Below, in pieces: positions 23,587 through 36,967 of a stretch of 64,000 nt of DNA (within the stretch, counting starts at the first letter, position 1; the number at the start of each line of letters is the position of its first letter). Made by a program: the position numbers and the translations under genes. The stretch is from NCBI RefSeq assembly GCF_006345805.1, contig NC_043008.1, forward strand, positions 35,526,001-35,590,000, written 5' to 3'. The notes beneath the pieces are model-generated. The model was not told where the DNA came from. It did not search any database and worked only from the letters and a program-made list of their open reading frames with translations. This DNA comes from Octopus sinensis (Eukaryota).

Positions 23587-24099
23587 ACTTAAACCAACGG
23601 CGTGGTGGAAGGGTGGTGTTATACCGAGAGGAGGTAGGAATACAACTTTAGTAAAGAAATGCATTTATTCCTTCTGTTGTTTAGGTCTGCCTTGGTTTTT
23701 TTTTTCTTTTTCGCAGTTGTTTACAGCTAAGTTAATATAAACCGTTGTTAGAGACTCGATTTCGTCTCAACATCATCGTTTTCTCTGACGAGAGTCAGTG
23801 GAATGGCAGACGGTGTCGGTTAGGATATCGATCACAAATTTACTATGCTGTTTTTGTATATATCTTTACCTTCAGAGTTCAAAAACCTTCAGAGTAGATA
23901 TTAACTTTTTACACTTCAGGTGTTGATAAAATATAATATAAAATATGTACTCAAATTTAATACGACCTTGTCTCTAAGAAATTATACATACATATATACA
24001 TACATACATACATATATACATACTTACGTACATACACATACATATACACACACTTATTCACAGACACACACGTACATATATATATATATATATATATAT

Positions 24100-24137
<38 letters not shown>

Positions 24138-24141
<4 letters not shown>

Positions 24142-24432
24142 GCATTCCATCGGGTACGACGGCTGGTGTTCCAGTCGATTCTGTGAACCGAACAATCTGC
24201 TCAAGAAACCAACGTCCAAGTAGCTGAATACTCCACAGATACCCATACCCTTAACGTACTCCTCAGGGAGATTCATCATGATACAGAATATGTCAAGGTC
24301 GGCTCTTTGGATTACGGGCATAGCTCATTTTTACCAGCTCAGTGGATTGGAGCAATTGAAATAAAGTGTCTTGCTCAGTAACACAACGCACTCCCGGGAA
24401 TTGAACTCACGTCCTTACGATCGTAAGCCGAA
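24138..24432 (-). mobile_element. tRNA-derived SINE with 3' tail shared with 53540-53897
   Basis: B-box-like GAGTTCAATTCCC, GAGCAAGACACTT domain; tail ...CGTTAAGGGTA...CTGGAAC...GTCGTA.CCGA.GGA. Confidence 0.7.
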
Positions 24433-24449
24433 TATATGCACACACGTTC

Positions 24450-24695
24450 ATGTATGTATGAGTGAATCATTGTGTGTATATATATGTATATGTATATATG
24501 TATGTATGCATGTATGCATGTATGTATGCATGTATGTATGAGTGAATCATTGTGTGTATATATATGTATATGTATATATGTATGTATGCATGTATGCATG
24601 TATGCATGTATGTATGCATGTATGTATGAGTGAATCATTGTGTGTATATATATGTATATGTATATATGTATGCATGTATGCATGTATGTATGTAT
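24450..24695. repeat. Three tandem ~88-bp units built on TATG/TGCA repeats
   Basis: GAGTGAATCATTGTGTGTATATA recurs three times. Confidence 0.9.
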
Positions 24696-24927
24696 GTTTA
24701 TGATATAAACATTTGAAAAAAGCTTTGGGCAATGCAAGGAAAGTATATAAGGTAATGTCAATAAATGACAATAAAGGGAAAACATTGTATTACCTTATAT
24801 AGGTTGTTTAATTATCCTATAATATTTCGGGAAACATTTCCCTCTTCAAACTGAAGAAAGAGAACAATCAAAAGATTTAGAGAAATATGTTGTTAACGGC
24901 AAGCCATGCTAATTGTAACCTCAAACC

Positions 24928-25148
24928 TATTTCTTTACTATCCACAAGGGGCTAAATACAGAGTGGACAAACAAACGGATTAAGTCGATTATATCGACCC
25001 CAGTGTGTAACTGGTACTTAATTTATCGACCCCGAAAGGATGAAAGGAAAAGTCGACCTCGGCGGAATTTGAACTCAGAACGTAACGGCAGACGAAATAC
25101 AGTTACGCATTTCGCCCGGCGTGCTAACGTTTCTGCCAGCTCGCCGCC
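24928..25148 (-). mobile_element. SINE family A with 15-bp target-site duplication
   Basis: TTGTAACCTCAAACC at 24913-24927 and 25149-25163. Confidence 0.95.
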
Positions 25149-25616
25149 TTGTAACCTCAAACCATTTACTTCTTGGGTGCCTTTAGTAGACTTCACTGTT
25201 GCTTGCACTTGAGATGTTGGTGTTAAGATATCTTCATCCCACCAGGGTCAGACGTTGTAAAGAGTCAGGTGATTACCTTTCCCTCCTAACTAAGCGATAA
25301 AAATATGCAACAACCTATTTTGTACATTGTCCTGTTTAACCATATTTTCGTGTAGATTTTCAGTCAATTATTACAAATGACTCAATCACATTTTCATGAA
25401 ATCGAACCCATTTAATTCTGCTCAGTATTATTCAAGCTTAAAAGAAGTTCCCATGTCCTCTTATGTAGGTGTTTAATATTGTCTTGCTGTTTTCCAAACT
25501 GGTCAAACGAATTAACTTCCAGATGAAATACGTTCCTAAAATTCAAAGCTTATTTTCAGAAGCAAGAAATATCGATATTTCATACAATATATTTCCTGGT
25601 ATTATTAAGAATTCTA

Positions 25617-26008
25617 AAGCGGTGAGCCGGCAGAATCGTTAGCGAGTCAGAAAAATTGCTAAATAACATTTCTTCCGGCTCTTTACGTTCTGAATTCAAA
25701 TTCAGATTCCACCGAGGTTAACTTTGCTTTTCATCCTCTCCGAGTTGATAAGTATCAGTTGAGTATTGGTGTCGATGTAATTGACAAAGCCCCAACCCCG
25801 AAGTTTCAAGCCTTCATCTTAAAGTAGAAAGGATTCAAAATTCCGGCTCTTTACGTTCTGAATTCAAATTCAGATTCCACCGAGGTTAACTTTGCTTTTC
25901 ATCCTCTCCGAGTTGATAAGTATCAGTTGAGTATTGGTGTCGATGTAATTGACAAAGCCCCAACCCCGAAGTTTCAAGCCTTCATCTTAAAGTAGAAAGG
26001 ATTCAAAA
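25617..26008 (+). mobile_element. SINE family A variant with an exact ~168-bp tandem duplication of its 3' part
   Basis: TTCCGGCTCTTTACG...GGATTCAAAA occurs twice in tandem. Confidence 0.9.
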
Positions 26009-26859
26009 TTCTCCGTTGAAAACATCCATTTGTCATCGCCCTCCTTTTGTCTGGTTGTGTTAAATTCCATTCCGAATATTGTAATACTACCCAAGACAGT
26101 AGTCATCCTACAAAACGATAATGAAATATGAATCTAGAACAAAACCAGATGCTTGAAAATATTTGGTATTTTGATCTCTTAATCACAATGATCTCACAGA
26201 AAGTTTTTCAGGATCAACACCCATCTCCTCGAAATAAATAGAAAGACAGCGTAATATACACTGTTAGAATTATCAAATGATATTAACTCAGACTTCAAAA
26301 ACCATTCAAGATTGGGAATTCAATCATTTCAACTTTAGCAAGAATCTTTTTTTTTCTATACAACAATCCGTTTTTACTGTTTTATTTCTTATATTTTTTC
26401 CCAAAGTTTAACGCATCAAACAATATACAAAAACATGTAACGTTTTAAAATTTCATTATGGCAAGTTTATTTTTTTCAAGCAAGCCGCCCACCCCGTGAT
26501 ACTTTTCCACAAACAATAAATTTCGTTTGAATTTGCCAAAGAGATCAGATATACATATAGCGTTCACTAGTCTATTAAATTATACATGGCCTGGCCCCTG
26601 GTGGTCAAAACATATCTAAGGCATCGGAAGATAACCTCTTGACATTTAAACACACTTCTCGCTACATTTCTATTTATGAACAACTTTCTCTGAACTTTAT
26701 TGTCTACCTATTGAATGTTTTATTAATTAAACACGACAGCTCTTTTATATATAGTGTCATAGATATTTAGTCGATAAATTACAGTATAAAAAAGAAAAGA
26801 GAAATAGTTCATGGCCACACATCGTTTCTTTTGATTTTTATATAGACTGAGTCATAATG

Positions 26860-27060
26860 GCGAAGCGTGTGAGAAAGATGAGAATAATTGGGGAAGTTTC
26901 TCCAGAGTCTCTCTATCTTTCGGCTTCTGCCGTTGCAATAATAGTGTATACTCTTCCGAAAGACTCAATTAGCTGCCCCGCGATTTCACGTTTATCTTTA
27001 ATGTTGGATTCAACTTTGTTTTCTTTATCTTCTTATCTGGACTTTGTGAAAATAACGTTC
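26860..27060 (-). mobile_element. Possible mariner transposase N-terminal remnant
   Basis: Minus translation KVESNIKDKREIAGQLIESFGRVYTII resembles the second HTH region; weak. Confidence 0.35.
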
Positions 27061-27238
27061 ATGTGCGCGTAATATATACATACATACATGCATATGATAT
27101 ATATATATATACATACATACTTATATATATATATATGTATTTACATATCGCCCTTTGACTAAGATCTATTTGTAATGTGTGTGCGTGTGTGTGCGTGTGC
27201 TCATGCATGTGTGTGTGTGTGCTTGTGTGTGTGTATGT

Positions 27239-27311
<73 letters not shown>

Positions 27312-28259
27312 CAAGTGGAGCGCCAAAAAAATGGCCTGCAGTATTCATTTCGGTTCTCTGGGTTCTGAGTTCAAATCATATCTAGAAGTCAGCTTTGCCT
27401 TTTGTCCTTTCAAAGTCGATAACGAAACAATCCGGTATTAGGTTCGATTCTTCTTCACTGACGGAGAAATCGTCTGTGCTTAGACATGGATAAGGACGTG
27501 TTGCACTCGGTTTACATTGTTCAAGCCATGCTTTATGTAATGATGCCGACCCTAAGGTACGATCAGGATATGAGGATCCACTTCTTTGCCTGCGTCACAA
27601 ACAAGCTTAAATTCACATTCCTATCATCTGCTGCCAAACAAATATCACTGTGGTTTCAACACGTGGAAAGTACTACTCAATTCGACTGTCAACGGCGTTA
27701 AAAACATAAATGCTACCTGGGAATCAATATAAATCAGCAGGAATGAAACATTAGCGTAGTTCGTCCATTACGTCGACATCTGTTCATTACTACAAACAAA
27801 CAGCATCAAATTAAATAAATTAGTATTAACTGCTAGTTACAAAATTGTATCTACAACAGAAAGAACTTCCTCCTAAAAAGGACATTGGATTCTAAAATTA
27901 TTGTGCAAAACAGAACTACCGAACTGAACTTTATGAGGAAAAAAGCTATTCAACTACCAATGCCTAATATAGTAACAACCACCACAAGGAACAGCAAACC
28001 TACAACCTAAAACTAATTAATGCACCTAGACTGCGAGATATGTTGCTTCTCAATCTATATCATAATAAAAACATAGAAATACACCAAAAAACAAGCCTAA
28101 GTGCCTGCTTTGTTTTCATCAAATCAAAATGCATACATCAAAAAGTCATTAATCTTACTGAGTTTAGGAATATAGTTTTCCAAATTATATTTATGACTGG
28201 ATAAGAGCTCAGCACTGTTTCTCAACGAAAAATTTGTAAGATAGTTTTACCCCAGGTTG

Positions 28260-28561
28260 CAGTCGGATTTTCCAATCTGGTGTTCGCGGGTCTCTGAGGG
28301 CGCGGTCCACAAAGATAATACTGGAAGTCAGTGAGTTGCATACAAACCTTTATAAGATTGTCGTCTATAAAAAGCGTAGTTACTCAATTTAGTTATTCAG
28401 TTACATATGTGAAAACTTGGAAAACGACTTTGTTGTTTGTTAATAAATTTGGCTTGTTGGGTAGACAGGCTTGTCAGTTAAAATATGCTTGTGGTCCGCG
28501 GGAAAATCCATTTGAATAAATGGTGGTAAGTTGTTGGTTGTGAAGAGATTAGAAACCAGTG
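28260..28561. mobile_element. Decayed hAT(Charlie)-like MITE
   Basis: CAGT...TCCAATCT and AGATTAGAAACCAGTG ends with subterminal GGTCC(G/A)C motifs. Confidence 0.5.
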
Positions 28562-29739
28562 GGTTACAGAAACTTGCTCTAACACGCCGGTTACCATATC
28601 GCAAGGAATCATGCACGACCCTCTAACTATTTCAATCTATCAAACACTTTGGATCGATAACTTTTTAGCGATCTGTAAAGCATGAAAGGTAATGTTGACT
28701 TCGGTGTGATTTGAACTCACAAAGTTGAAACCAATATTATCAAGTATTCTATTCAACCACTGCCTTTAAAATATCATTTACACCTCGTGTGTGTGTCAGC
28801 AGATTAAACCAAGTTTGCACCTCGTGTGTGTGTCAGGCAGATTAACACCAGGTTTGTACCATGTTTGTGTGCATCAACCAGATTAGAAAATTGTCCATGA
28901 TGAGATACGATTGCCTATTGACCGATAAGCTTTTACCTTCTCTCCTCGGACAGTATTTTCTCACTGAGGTAACAAAAAAAAATCAATTATAAATCTATAA
29001 ACCTTGGCAGCAATTGAACGGACATTGCATTCGATTAGCTACTAAGTTAAGTAGTTCAATATTTTATTGGAATGACTCTCGAGAAAATTGGTGAGGTGAT
29101 GTCGACTCCTAGACAAACTTTATGAGGACATAAATTAAGATCTTTGATAACATCAATGATGTGTAAAATTATTTATTCGAGCAATTCCTCCAACAATCAG
29201 TGACTCAACTAATTTATTCTAACTCAACGGTTCCTTCAATTCAGAAATGGCCTCAGAGAATCGATAAGTTTGTCATTTTGGAACAGTTAATTGTTATTGT
29301 GTGATTAGAAATGATTTTTGTGTTGAGGGTATTTTCAAAGTTTTGCATAAGCAAGGTATTTTTCTTGATCAAACATTGCTTACAGTTATGATTGTTCCAA
29401 TGGATCATTATAATAGCTTTTATAAGAATAGATTTAAAGTAAAATGCTCTAAGGTAGTTTCTTTGATAATCTTAATAGATTGGGTAATTTCACTGACTTT
29501 TATTTAATCTGCTCCTCTCTTAACATTTTGAGTTCAAATCAATCCACAATTGATTGACTTTTAACGTTTGATTCTTCTAGGGTTGACAAAAAAGGGCCGC
29601 AGATTTGAGGGGAAGGTGTTAGTATCCCCCTCGTCAACTCTGATACTTTATCTTATCTATCCTGGAAGGATGAAAAGTAAAGGTGCCACGGTAGTATGCG
29701 GAAACGGGAAGAAGCTTGCCCTGTGTGTGTGATATCAAA

Positions 29740-31665
29740 ATATTCAAGTTTTAATATCACTGAAGAGTTACTTGCTCTTTGCCCTATGAAAGGAAATTGC
29801 ACAAATGCTGCTGTTTTCAAAGAAATTTATACTACGCTCGAAAAGGCGGGACTGACTTACAATCGCCTGGTGGGAATTACTACCGATGGTGCACCGGCGA
29901 TTATCGGCCAGGAACAAGGCTTGCGTGGTTTCATCCAAAGAAAACTGGAATCCCTGAACATGAGTAAAGCCAAATATTGTGGTACCATTGTATTCTACAT
30001 CAGGAAGCACTTTGCTCCATAATAATTAAGTCTGATCACGTCATGGATAATATCGTGAAAGCCGTCAACTTCATTCGGAGTTGTGCATTAAATCATTGAC
30101 AGTTTCGAAATTTTCTCGATGAGATTGACGCCGAACTTGCTGGCATCCCTTACTTTGCCGAAATCAGGTGGCTCAGCCGTGGCCGTACTTTGAAACGCTT
30201 TTACGATATTCGAGAACATGTGGTAGCATTTCTTGAAGCAAAAGGTAAGTCGTGCATAAACTTTGATGACAGCAAACAGATGAATTATTTTTCTTTTATG
30301 ATGGACATTACAGACAAGCTGAATGAGTTGAATGGGCAAAGGAAAAACTCATCCATATTTGTTTCAAGAGGTGACAGATTTCCAAAAGAAACTGGACTTG
30401 TGGATTGCTCAAATTGCTGACAGCAATTATGCTCACTTTCCTTGCCTTCAGGAACAGTCACACATTTCAACCATAAACCAGGAATTCTTTGTGAGCGAGT
30501 TAAAACGGATTCAAGAAGAATTTGCCAAGAGATTTAAGGATTTCCGTGCTTGTGAAGACCAAATGAAAATTTTGTCAATGCCTTTTGACGTGGATACGTG
30601 GATCCTTTGAACTTCAAATTGAATAGAATGAATTGCAAAGTGACTTTGATGTCAAGAGTCGGTTTTTAAATAGGATTTTGATGGACTTCTACAAATACGG
30701 TCTGTCTCACACTCAATATCCAAATCTTACTTGCTACTTAAAATGCTTTCTCGTTTTGTTCGGTTCAGCATGGATATGTGAATACCACTTCAGTCGCATG
30801 CAATTGGTAAAATCGAACTAAAGAAATTCTTTGAGTGATCCTCACCTCGAAGATGAACTCCGTCTGGCCTTAAGAAATATTCCGGCAGACATTGAAAAGG
30901 TTGTTGATGACTCGAAACAATTTCAAGTTTCTCATTGATATTTTTGCTCATTATACATCCAAAATGAAATTGTTTTATTATTGAATTAAATGCCATTTGA
31001 ACAAATATTTTTTCTTAAATCTTGATCACTTGTTAAATTTATTTTGTAGAATGTAAAGTTATTATTCAAATTATTTTTTATGATCATACACATGTAATAT
31101 CTGGGGCTATAATTTTTTGATAGCAATGACGAAGTAGAAGTAGCATCATATGTATGTATAAATTAAGTTATGAATAATAATTTGTGGAGGCGCAATGGCC
31201 CATTGGTGAGGGCAGCGGACTCGTGGTCGGATGATCGCGGTTTCTATTCCCAGACCGGGCATTGTGTGTGTTTATTGAGCTAGAGCTCCACGAGGCTCCT
31301 GTTGTACCCTTTCGCCCCAACTTTCTCTCACTCTTTCTTCCTATTTCTTGAGTAACGCTGCGATGAACTGGCGTCCCGTCCAGCTGGGGGTAACACATAA
31401 GCCATAGAAACTGGGAAACCGGGCCCATGAGCCTGGCTAGGCTTGAAAAGGGTGCATAAATAAAATTTTTAAATGAATAATAATTATATAATGAGTAATT
31501 TCTGTAAATAAAATTTAAAAAAACAATATTTTTAGTTCTGAATACTTTTTCAAACCATTTTAAGTAATTGTATTAAAAAATGAAAGACTAAAATGTGAAT
31601 CCGGCCCACTGGCACCGTTTTTTTCTTAAATCCGACCCATGTTCGGAAAAGGCTGTGCAGTACTG
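29740..31665 (+). mobile_element. 5'-truncated hAT transposon (Buster/SPIN/Charlie-like) with decayed transposase ~29740-30935
   Basis: EELLALCPMKG..T; ITTDGAPA; HCILHQEALC; VNFIRS; IRWLSRG; FGS.WICE..FS dimerisation motif; subterminal CCGGCCC motif and ...CTG end; interrupted by a SINE. Confidence 0.88.
31186..31460 (+). mobile_element. tRNA-derived SINE family C inserted in the hAT 3' region
   Basis: GGAGGCGCAATGGCCCA.TGGT.AGGGCAGCGGACTCG head shared with 53540; V-domain-like GCGATG.ACTGGCGTCCCGTCCAG. Confidence 0.8.
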
Positions 31666-32464
31666 TTTTTGATTTTTAGTCTTATTTCAACATGACGATG
31701 AAAGCCATGCTAGAATATTACTTGACATATTTGAAGAGTTTTGATTAGGAATTTGTGATAAATTTTCTGTATTTAATTGATATTTTTATTGCTTCGGTAC
31801 TCGTTTCAAGCTTGTTCTGTCCTTATCTAATTCGGTTTTATGAGCGAATTAGTTGAGATTGCATCGGTTTGTACAATAAATGCATAATTAATTGTTTAGA
31901 AAGCAACATACAGGTTTACCTGACGCTGTAATTATCATGGAATATACAACTTCCATGTGCATATATATATATATACTATATCTAGGGTCCTTTCATATTG
32001 TGTAACACATAAGCTAATGTACCTTGAAAGGTCCTTGTTTGTTAGATTCTGTTCATAAAAAGATTAAGTCTGACTTCAGAAATACAGTATTTTGTATTAG
32101 TGTGCTACTATCTGTATCGAAAATCAATATTTCATTATAAATTTCGAGTGTTTGATTGCGAATTAAGTTTTACTAAATGGCATTGTGAGTTCATGCTAGA
32201 GGTGATTGTTAAGACTAAATTTAACATTATATATTTATACAGGAAACCGGACAGCTCATTTGTAAAGCTGACTGAATTGTCTGTGTGTGAGACAGATAAA
32301 GAGAGAGAGATAAAGAGAAGCAAAAAGAGAGAGAGAAGAGACAAAGTGTAGTTATAGGTGAATTTGTTATTGGTATCCAGAATTATTCGGTGTAGTTCTT
32401 TATGATAGTGGAAATGGGAAATGATAATCTTGAAAGGAATCTAAATAGAGAGCGGAATAAAATC

Positions 32465-32630
32465 ATGGGCGTAGTAGTCATGGGTGTGTTAAGTAGCTCG
32501 ATTTGCAACAATGTAGGTCTTATATCGATCCCACCACTTGGCACATAGGGCAAGTGTCTTCTACCAAAACCTTGGCTTGACCAAAACCTTGTGAGTGATA
32601 TTTGGTGGGCTCAAAAAAATTCGGAAGGCA
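32465..32630 (+). mobile_element. SINE family B, diverged
   Basis: GGGCAAGTGTCTTCTAC...ACCAAA.CCTTGTGAGTG, matching 34381. Confidence 0.7.
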
Positions 32631-32739
32631 TTACAATATATATATATATGTGTGTGTATGTATGTGTGTGTGTATGTGTATGTATGTATGTATGTATGTA
32701 TGTATGTATGTATGTATGTATGTATGTATGTATGTATGT

Positions 32740-33007
32740 ATTTACTCAGGTGTCTAATTTACAGTAATATGTTGAGTAGAAGATTAAAGGAGGAAAATGG
32801 CTACCTCTTGGAATCAAAAGCATATTGCAGTAACTCATATAATATCTATTGACAAAAACGACACAAACACACACGTTAATTCGTAACCGAGGTGTACGTT
32901 TACGAATTAATATGTTTATGTGTATGTATGTGTATGTGTGTGTGTGCAAATGTGTTGATTATATACACAGGTGTAAGACCAGATGCTTGGAATGACAGTC
33001 GATGATT

Positions 33008-33040
<33 letters not shown>

Positions 33041-33059
33041 TATATATATATAATATATA

Positions 33060-33133
<74 letters not shown>

Positions 33134-33402
33134 CATCGACTGTCATTCCAAGCATCTGGTCTTACACCTGTGTATATAATCAACACATTTGCACAAACAC
33201 ACACACACACACATACATACACACATACACATTAACATATTAATTCGTAAACGTACATCTCGGATACGAATTAACGTGTGTGTGTGTGTCGTTTTTGTCA
33301 ATAGATATTATATGAGTTACTGCAATATGCTTTTGATTCCAAGAGGTTCCTCCTTTAATCTTCTACTCAACATATTACTGTAAATTAGACACCTGAGTAA
33401 AT
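32740..33402. repeat. Inverted duplication (~270-bp arms) centred on a ~120-bp (TA)n tract
   Basis: 32740-33008 is the reverse complement of 33129-33402 with a small indel and few substitutions. Confidence 0.97.
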
Positions 33403-33434
33403 TTGTTGCCTGCCCTTCTCTAATATAGGTAATG

Positions 33435-33520
<86 letters not shown>

Positions 33521-34305
33521 ATAGATAGGTAGGTAGGTAGGTAGGTAGATAGATACATACATACATACGTACATACATACATACATACATACATATATAC
33601 ATACCTTGCATACATATATATATGTATATGCGTATGTGTGTGTGTGTATATATATATACACACACACATACACAAACACACACATACACACACACTAAAG
33701 GTTTTTGTCACAATTTTCGCTCACCCGATTCACTCACAAGTCGATGATCATCCCGGTATTATAAGTCAAGTATAGGTATAACACACTGGGACTGAACCTG
33801 AAACCACGTACTTTTGAAGCGAAATTCTTAACGACACAACCAATTCAAATCTGTTTATTTACTCATTATTTACTCCATTTATTTCTTTTACTTCTTTACT
33901 ATTTTTTTTTTCGTTCCTATGCCGGCACAAGTCAATAATCTCGTAAACTGCATCAAATTTCTTTCCTTCTTTTCTTTATTTGCATCGATTTCTTATACTG
34001 TGTTATTTTTCTTTCCGTAAGGTACTTCGTATATTTTTCATATCCTTAGCAAGATATTAACGTACATCCAATGGTTAGGTTCCGACTCAATAGGTCAGGA
34101 GTTTCGGAGAAGTATGAAGATACTGTTATATCCAAGTCTCCTCTGTCCCGTGATGGGAGTATTGTGGAAGACCTTAGTCATGGCTCGGATAGTAAAAGAT
34201 GGTTCTAGAGTAAAGACATCAAGTCACGGCAGAGAGCTAGCTGCTAGATATGCCTTGTGTCAAATGTCACGTGATACAGCCACCAACACATTACACACAC
34301 ACATT

Positions 34306-34350
<45 letters not shown>

Positions 34351-34380
34351 ATATATATATACATATAGATATAGATATAT

Positions 34381-34541
34381 AGGCGCAGGAATGGCTGTGG
34401 TAAGTAGCTTGTCTACCAACCACATGGTTCCGGGTTCATTCCCACTGCGTGGCACGTTGGGCAAGTGTCTTCTACAATAGCCTCGGGCCGACCAAAGCCT
34501 TGTGAGTGGATTTGGTAGACAGAAACTGAAAGAAGCCCGTC

Positions 34542-34543
<2 letters not shown>
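34381..34543 (+). mobile_element. SINE family B
   Basis: GGCGCAGGA.TGGCTGTGGTAAG (A box)...GGTTCA.TCCC (B box)...TGGGCAAGTGTCTTCT...GAAAGAAGCCCGTCG, then (TA)n. Confidence 0.9.
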
Positions 34544-34621
<78 letters not shown>

Positions 34622-35120
34622 TTCATTTCTTACTCACAATGCCCTGTAACGAGCATTTCACCGATTTAATTATAATTACAATAAGCATCTTTTAGGGTAA
34701 TACATAAATGCCATATACCTATATCTTCTAAGGAAATGTACTTTTTTTTTATTTTAGTCTATTCAAATATCAACTTGTACCCTAGTTCAGATTTAATGAG
34801 AATCGCATTAATCTGATCGTGTTGTTACATTAACCTAGATTAAGGGGGATTTTAAATGGATAGAAGCAATATGCCTGCTATTTACATAAAAGGAAAAAGA
34901 AACAATAAAAACAAGCGAGATAAATTTATAGGCTTTTAACTGAGTCAAACTTGAATGTGCTCTGAATTACACTTACGCACACACGCATACATGCATACAT
35001 ACATGCATGAGCGACAGATATCGATATTTCGCGGTCATTTCTGCTCTTCAATGTCACACATCCATTCACCACCGAAACGACTTGCTTCAGTCAGATAGAG
35101 GCATGCATACAAATCGCGCT

Positions 35121-35178
<58 letters not shown>

Positions 35179-36149
35179 CTGAAAGCCAAATATCCAATCA
35201 ATAAAGAATATACCCAAAACATTAGGGGCCTTTATTTGGTGCCACAACCAGCTAGAAATAGCAGCCACATATTATAAAGCAGTAATTCAAAGGTCTATAG
35301 AAAGGGAAGGACGCACTGAGAAATGCAATCAATCGTGTTGGGAAGAAAGACGAGACAGACATATTAGGAACGCTCTACATTCGCAGGTGCGCTGAACCAG
35401 GGTTTACCTGGGGAGAAAACAGGGACATAGTTACCAACGAAAACGAAAACAACAATTGCAACAATAACAACGATATCAACCATAACAACTAAAATATTTT
35501 TTAATAAATAAAAAATAAAAGTTATTAAAATAAAACGGATACAATTTCTTTTGATCACGTTTTATCTTCAACTTGTGAAGACGTCATGGCCATTTTAATA
35601 TTGAGAAGAAAGAACTAAAAAGAAATGCTTAAAACATCCTCTTTTTTCTCTAAAGAACTAGTATATTATTGGTGAAGTTTTTGTTAAGATAATATTATAT
35701 CTCACTAATGGTGCCAAGTTCATTTTATTTTATATTTTTGTCTTTTATAATCATTTTTTTTTTCCTCTCCTCTTCCTATCAATTCATCACCATTTTCACT
35801 GTTTCCAGATAATAATTTCTGCAACTCATTCACTGTTCCATGTTTATATTTCTTAAAAAACTTTGGTTATCTGTTTTTATTTACCAAAGTCTTTGTTGTT
35901 GCCCTTATTGTTGTTGACATTGTTAGCGATGTGTTGTTTTAATCGCTATTATTATTGCTGTTGTTGTCGTTGTTATCGTCGTCTATTCACGTGGAGAGTT
36001 GTTATGTGGCTAGAGAATTCGTTTTACACTCACGCGGTTAAGAGTTCCATACCATTGCACAGCACTTTCAGGAAATATTTTCTACCATTCTCTCGAGTGG
36101 AATTCGATAGAAAACTATAATTATTATTATTACTATTATTATTATTATT

Positions 36150-36317
36150 CAGTAGTTTTATTTTTATAGCGTGCTTTCACTTCACTACCGAGCGCAGCTC
36201 TGTGTGCCTTGGGTATGTGCTGTGATTTGTTGTGATGCTCTGATGGTTATTGTATGGAAAGTGTTCTGCGTAGGATGTGTGCAGTGCCTAGTAGTGCAAT
36301 TTTCTGTATGTTATATG

Positions 36318-36322
<5 letters not shown>
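36150..36322 (-). mobile_element. 3' end of an R4/Dong-like (RLE) non-LTR retrotransposon in (TAA)n
   Basis: Minus translation IQKIALLGTAHILRRTLSIQ* resembles the R4/Dong C-terminal motif; ~100-nt 3' UTR; (TAA)n on both sides. Confidence 0.8.
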
Positions 36323-36387
<65 letters not shown>

Positions 36388-36390
36388 TAC

Positions 36391-36489
<99 letters not shown>

Positions 36490-36491
36490 CC

Positions 36492-36555
<64 letters not shown>

Positions 36556-36563
36556 TATTATTA

Positions 36564-36603
<40 letters not shown>
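36320..36603. repeat. (TTA)n/(TCA)n compound microsatellite
   Basis: Direct reading. Confidence 0.98.
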
Positions 36604-36604
<1 letters not shown>

Positions 36605-36605
<1 letters not shown>

Positions 36606-36875
36606 GGCGGCGAGCTGGCAGAAACGTTAGCACGGATGGCGAAATACTTAGCAGTATTTCGTCTGTCCTTACGTTCTGAGTTCAAATTCCGCCGAGGTCG
36701 ACTTTGCCTTTCATCCTTTCGGGGTCGATGAAATAAGTACCAGTTACGCACTGGAGTCGATATAATCGATTTAATCCGTTTGTCTGTCCTTGTTTGTCCT
36801 CTCTGTGTTTAGCCCCTTGTGGGTAGTAAAGAAATAGGTATTCCGCCCGTCGCTACGTTGAATTCAAATTCCACA
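36605..36875 (+). mobile_element. SINE family A
   Basis: Full consensus match plus start of a second unit. Confidence 0.92.
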
Positions 36876-36903
36876 GTTTGAAGAGATATATGGCCTTCGC
36901 CAT

Positions 36904-36967
36904 TAGAGTCTGACGAATCGTCCATAGAGTTAAACGTTTTTTGGATATGAAACCATTGGTCACTCTA
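36904..36967 (+). ncRNA. Canonical type-I hammerhead ribozyme (GUC site, C17 = 36961)
   Basis: TAGAGT-CTGACGA-ATcGTCCA...TGGATAT-GAAA-CCA t TGG-TC-ACTCTA: intact core, 6-bp stem I, stem II, stem III ACCA/TGGT. Confidence 0.88.

Noticed and set aside
23745-23800. CGATGA...CGAAATCGAGTC (minus) and CTGACGAGAGTCAG (plus)
   Set aside because: Neither gives a complete three-stem fold, although the region may be an old PLE end.
25672-26008. Exact 168-bp tandem duplication as a functional array
   Set aside because: Identical copies of a SINE part; a recent duplication or assembly artefact is sufficient.
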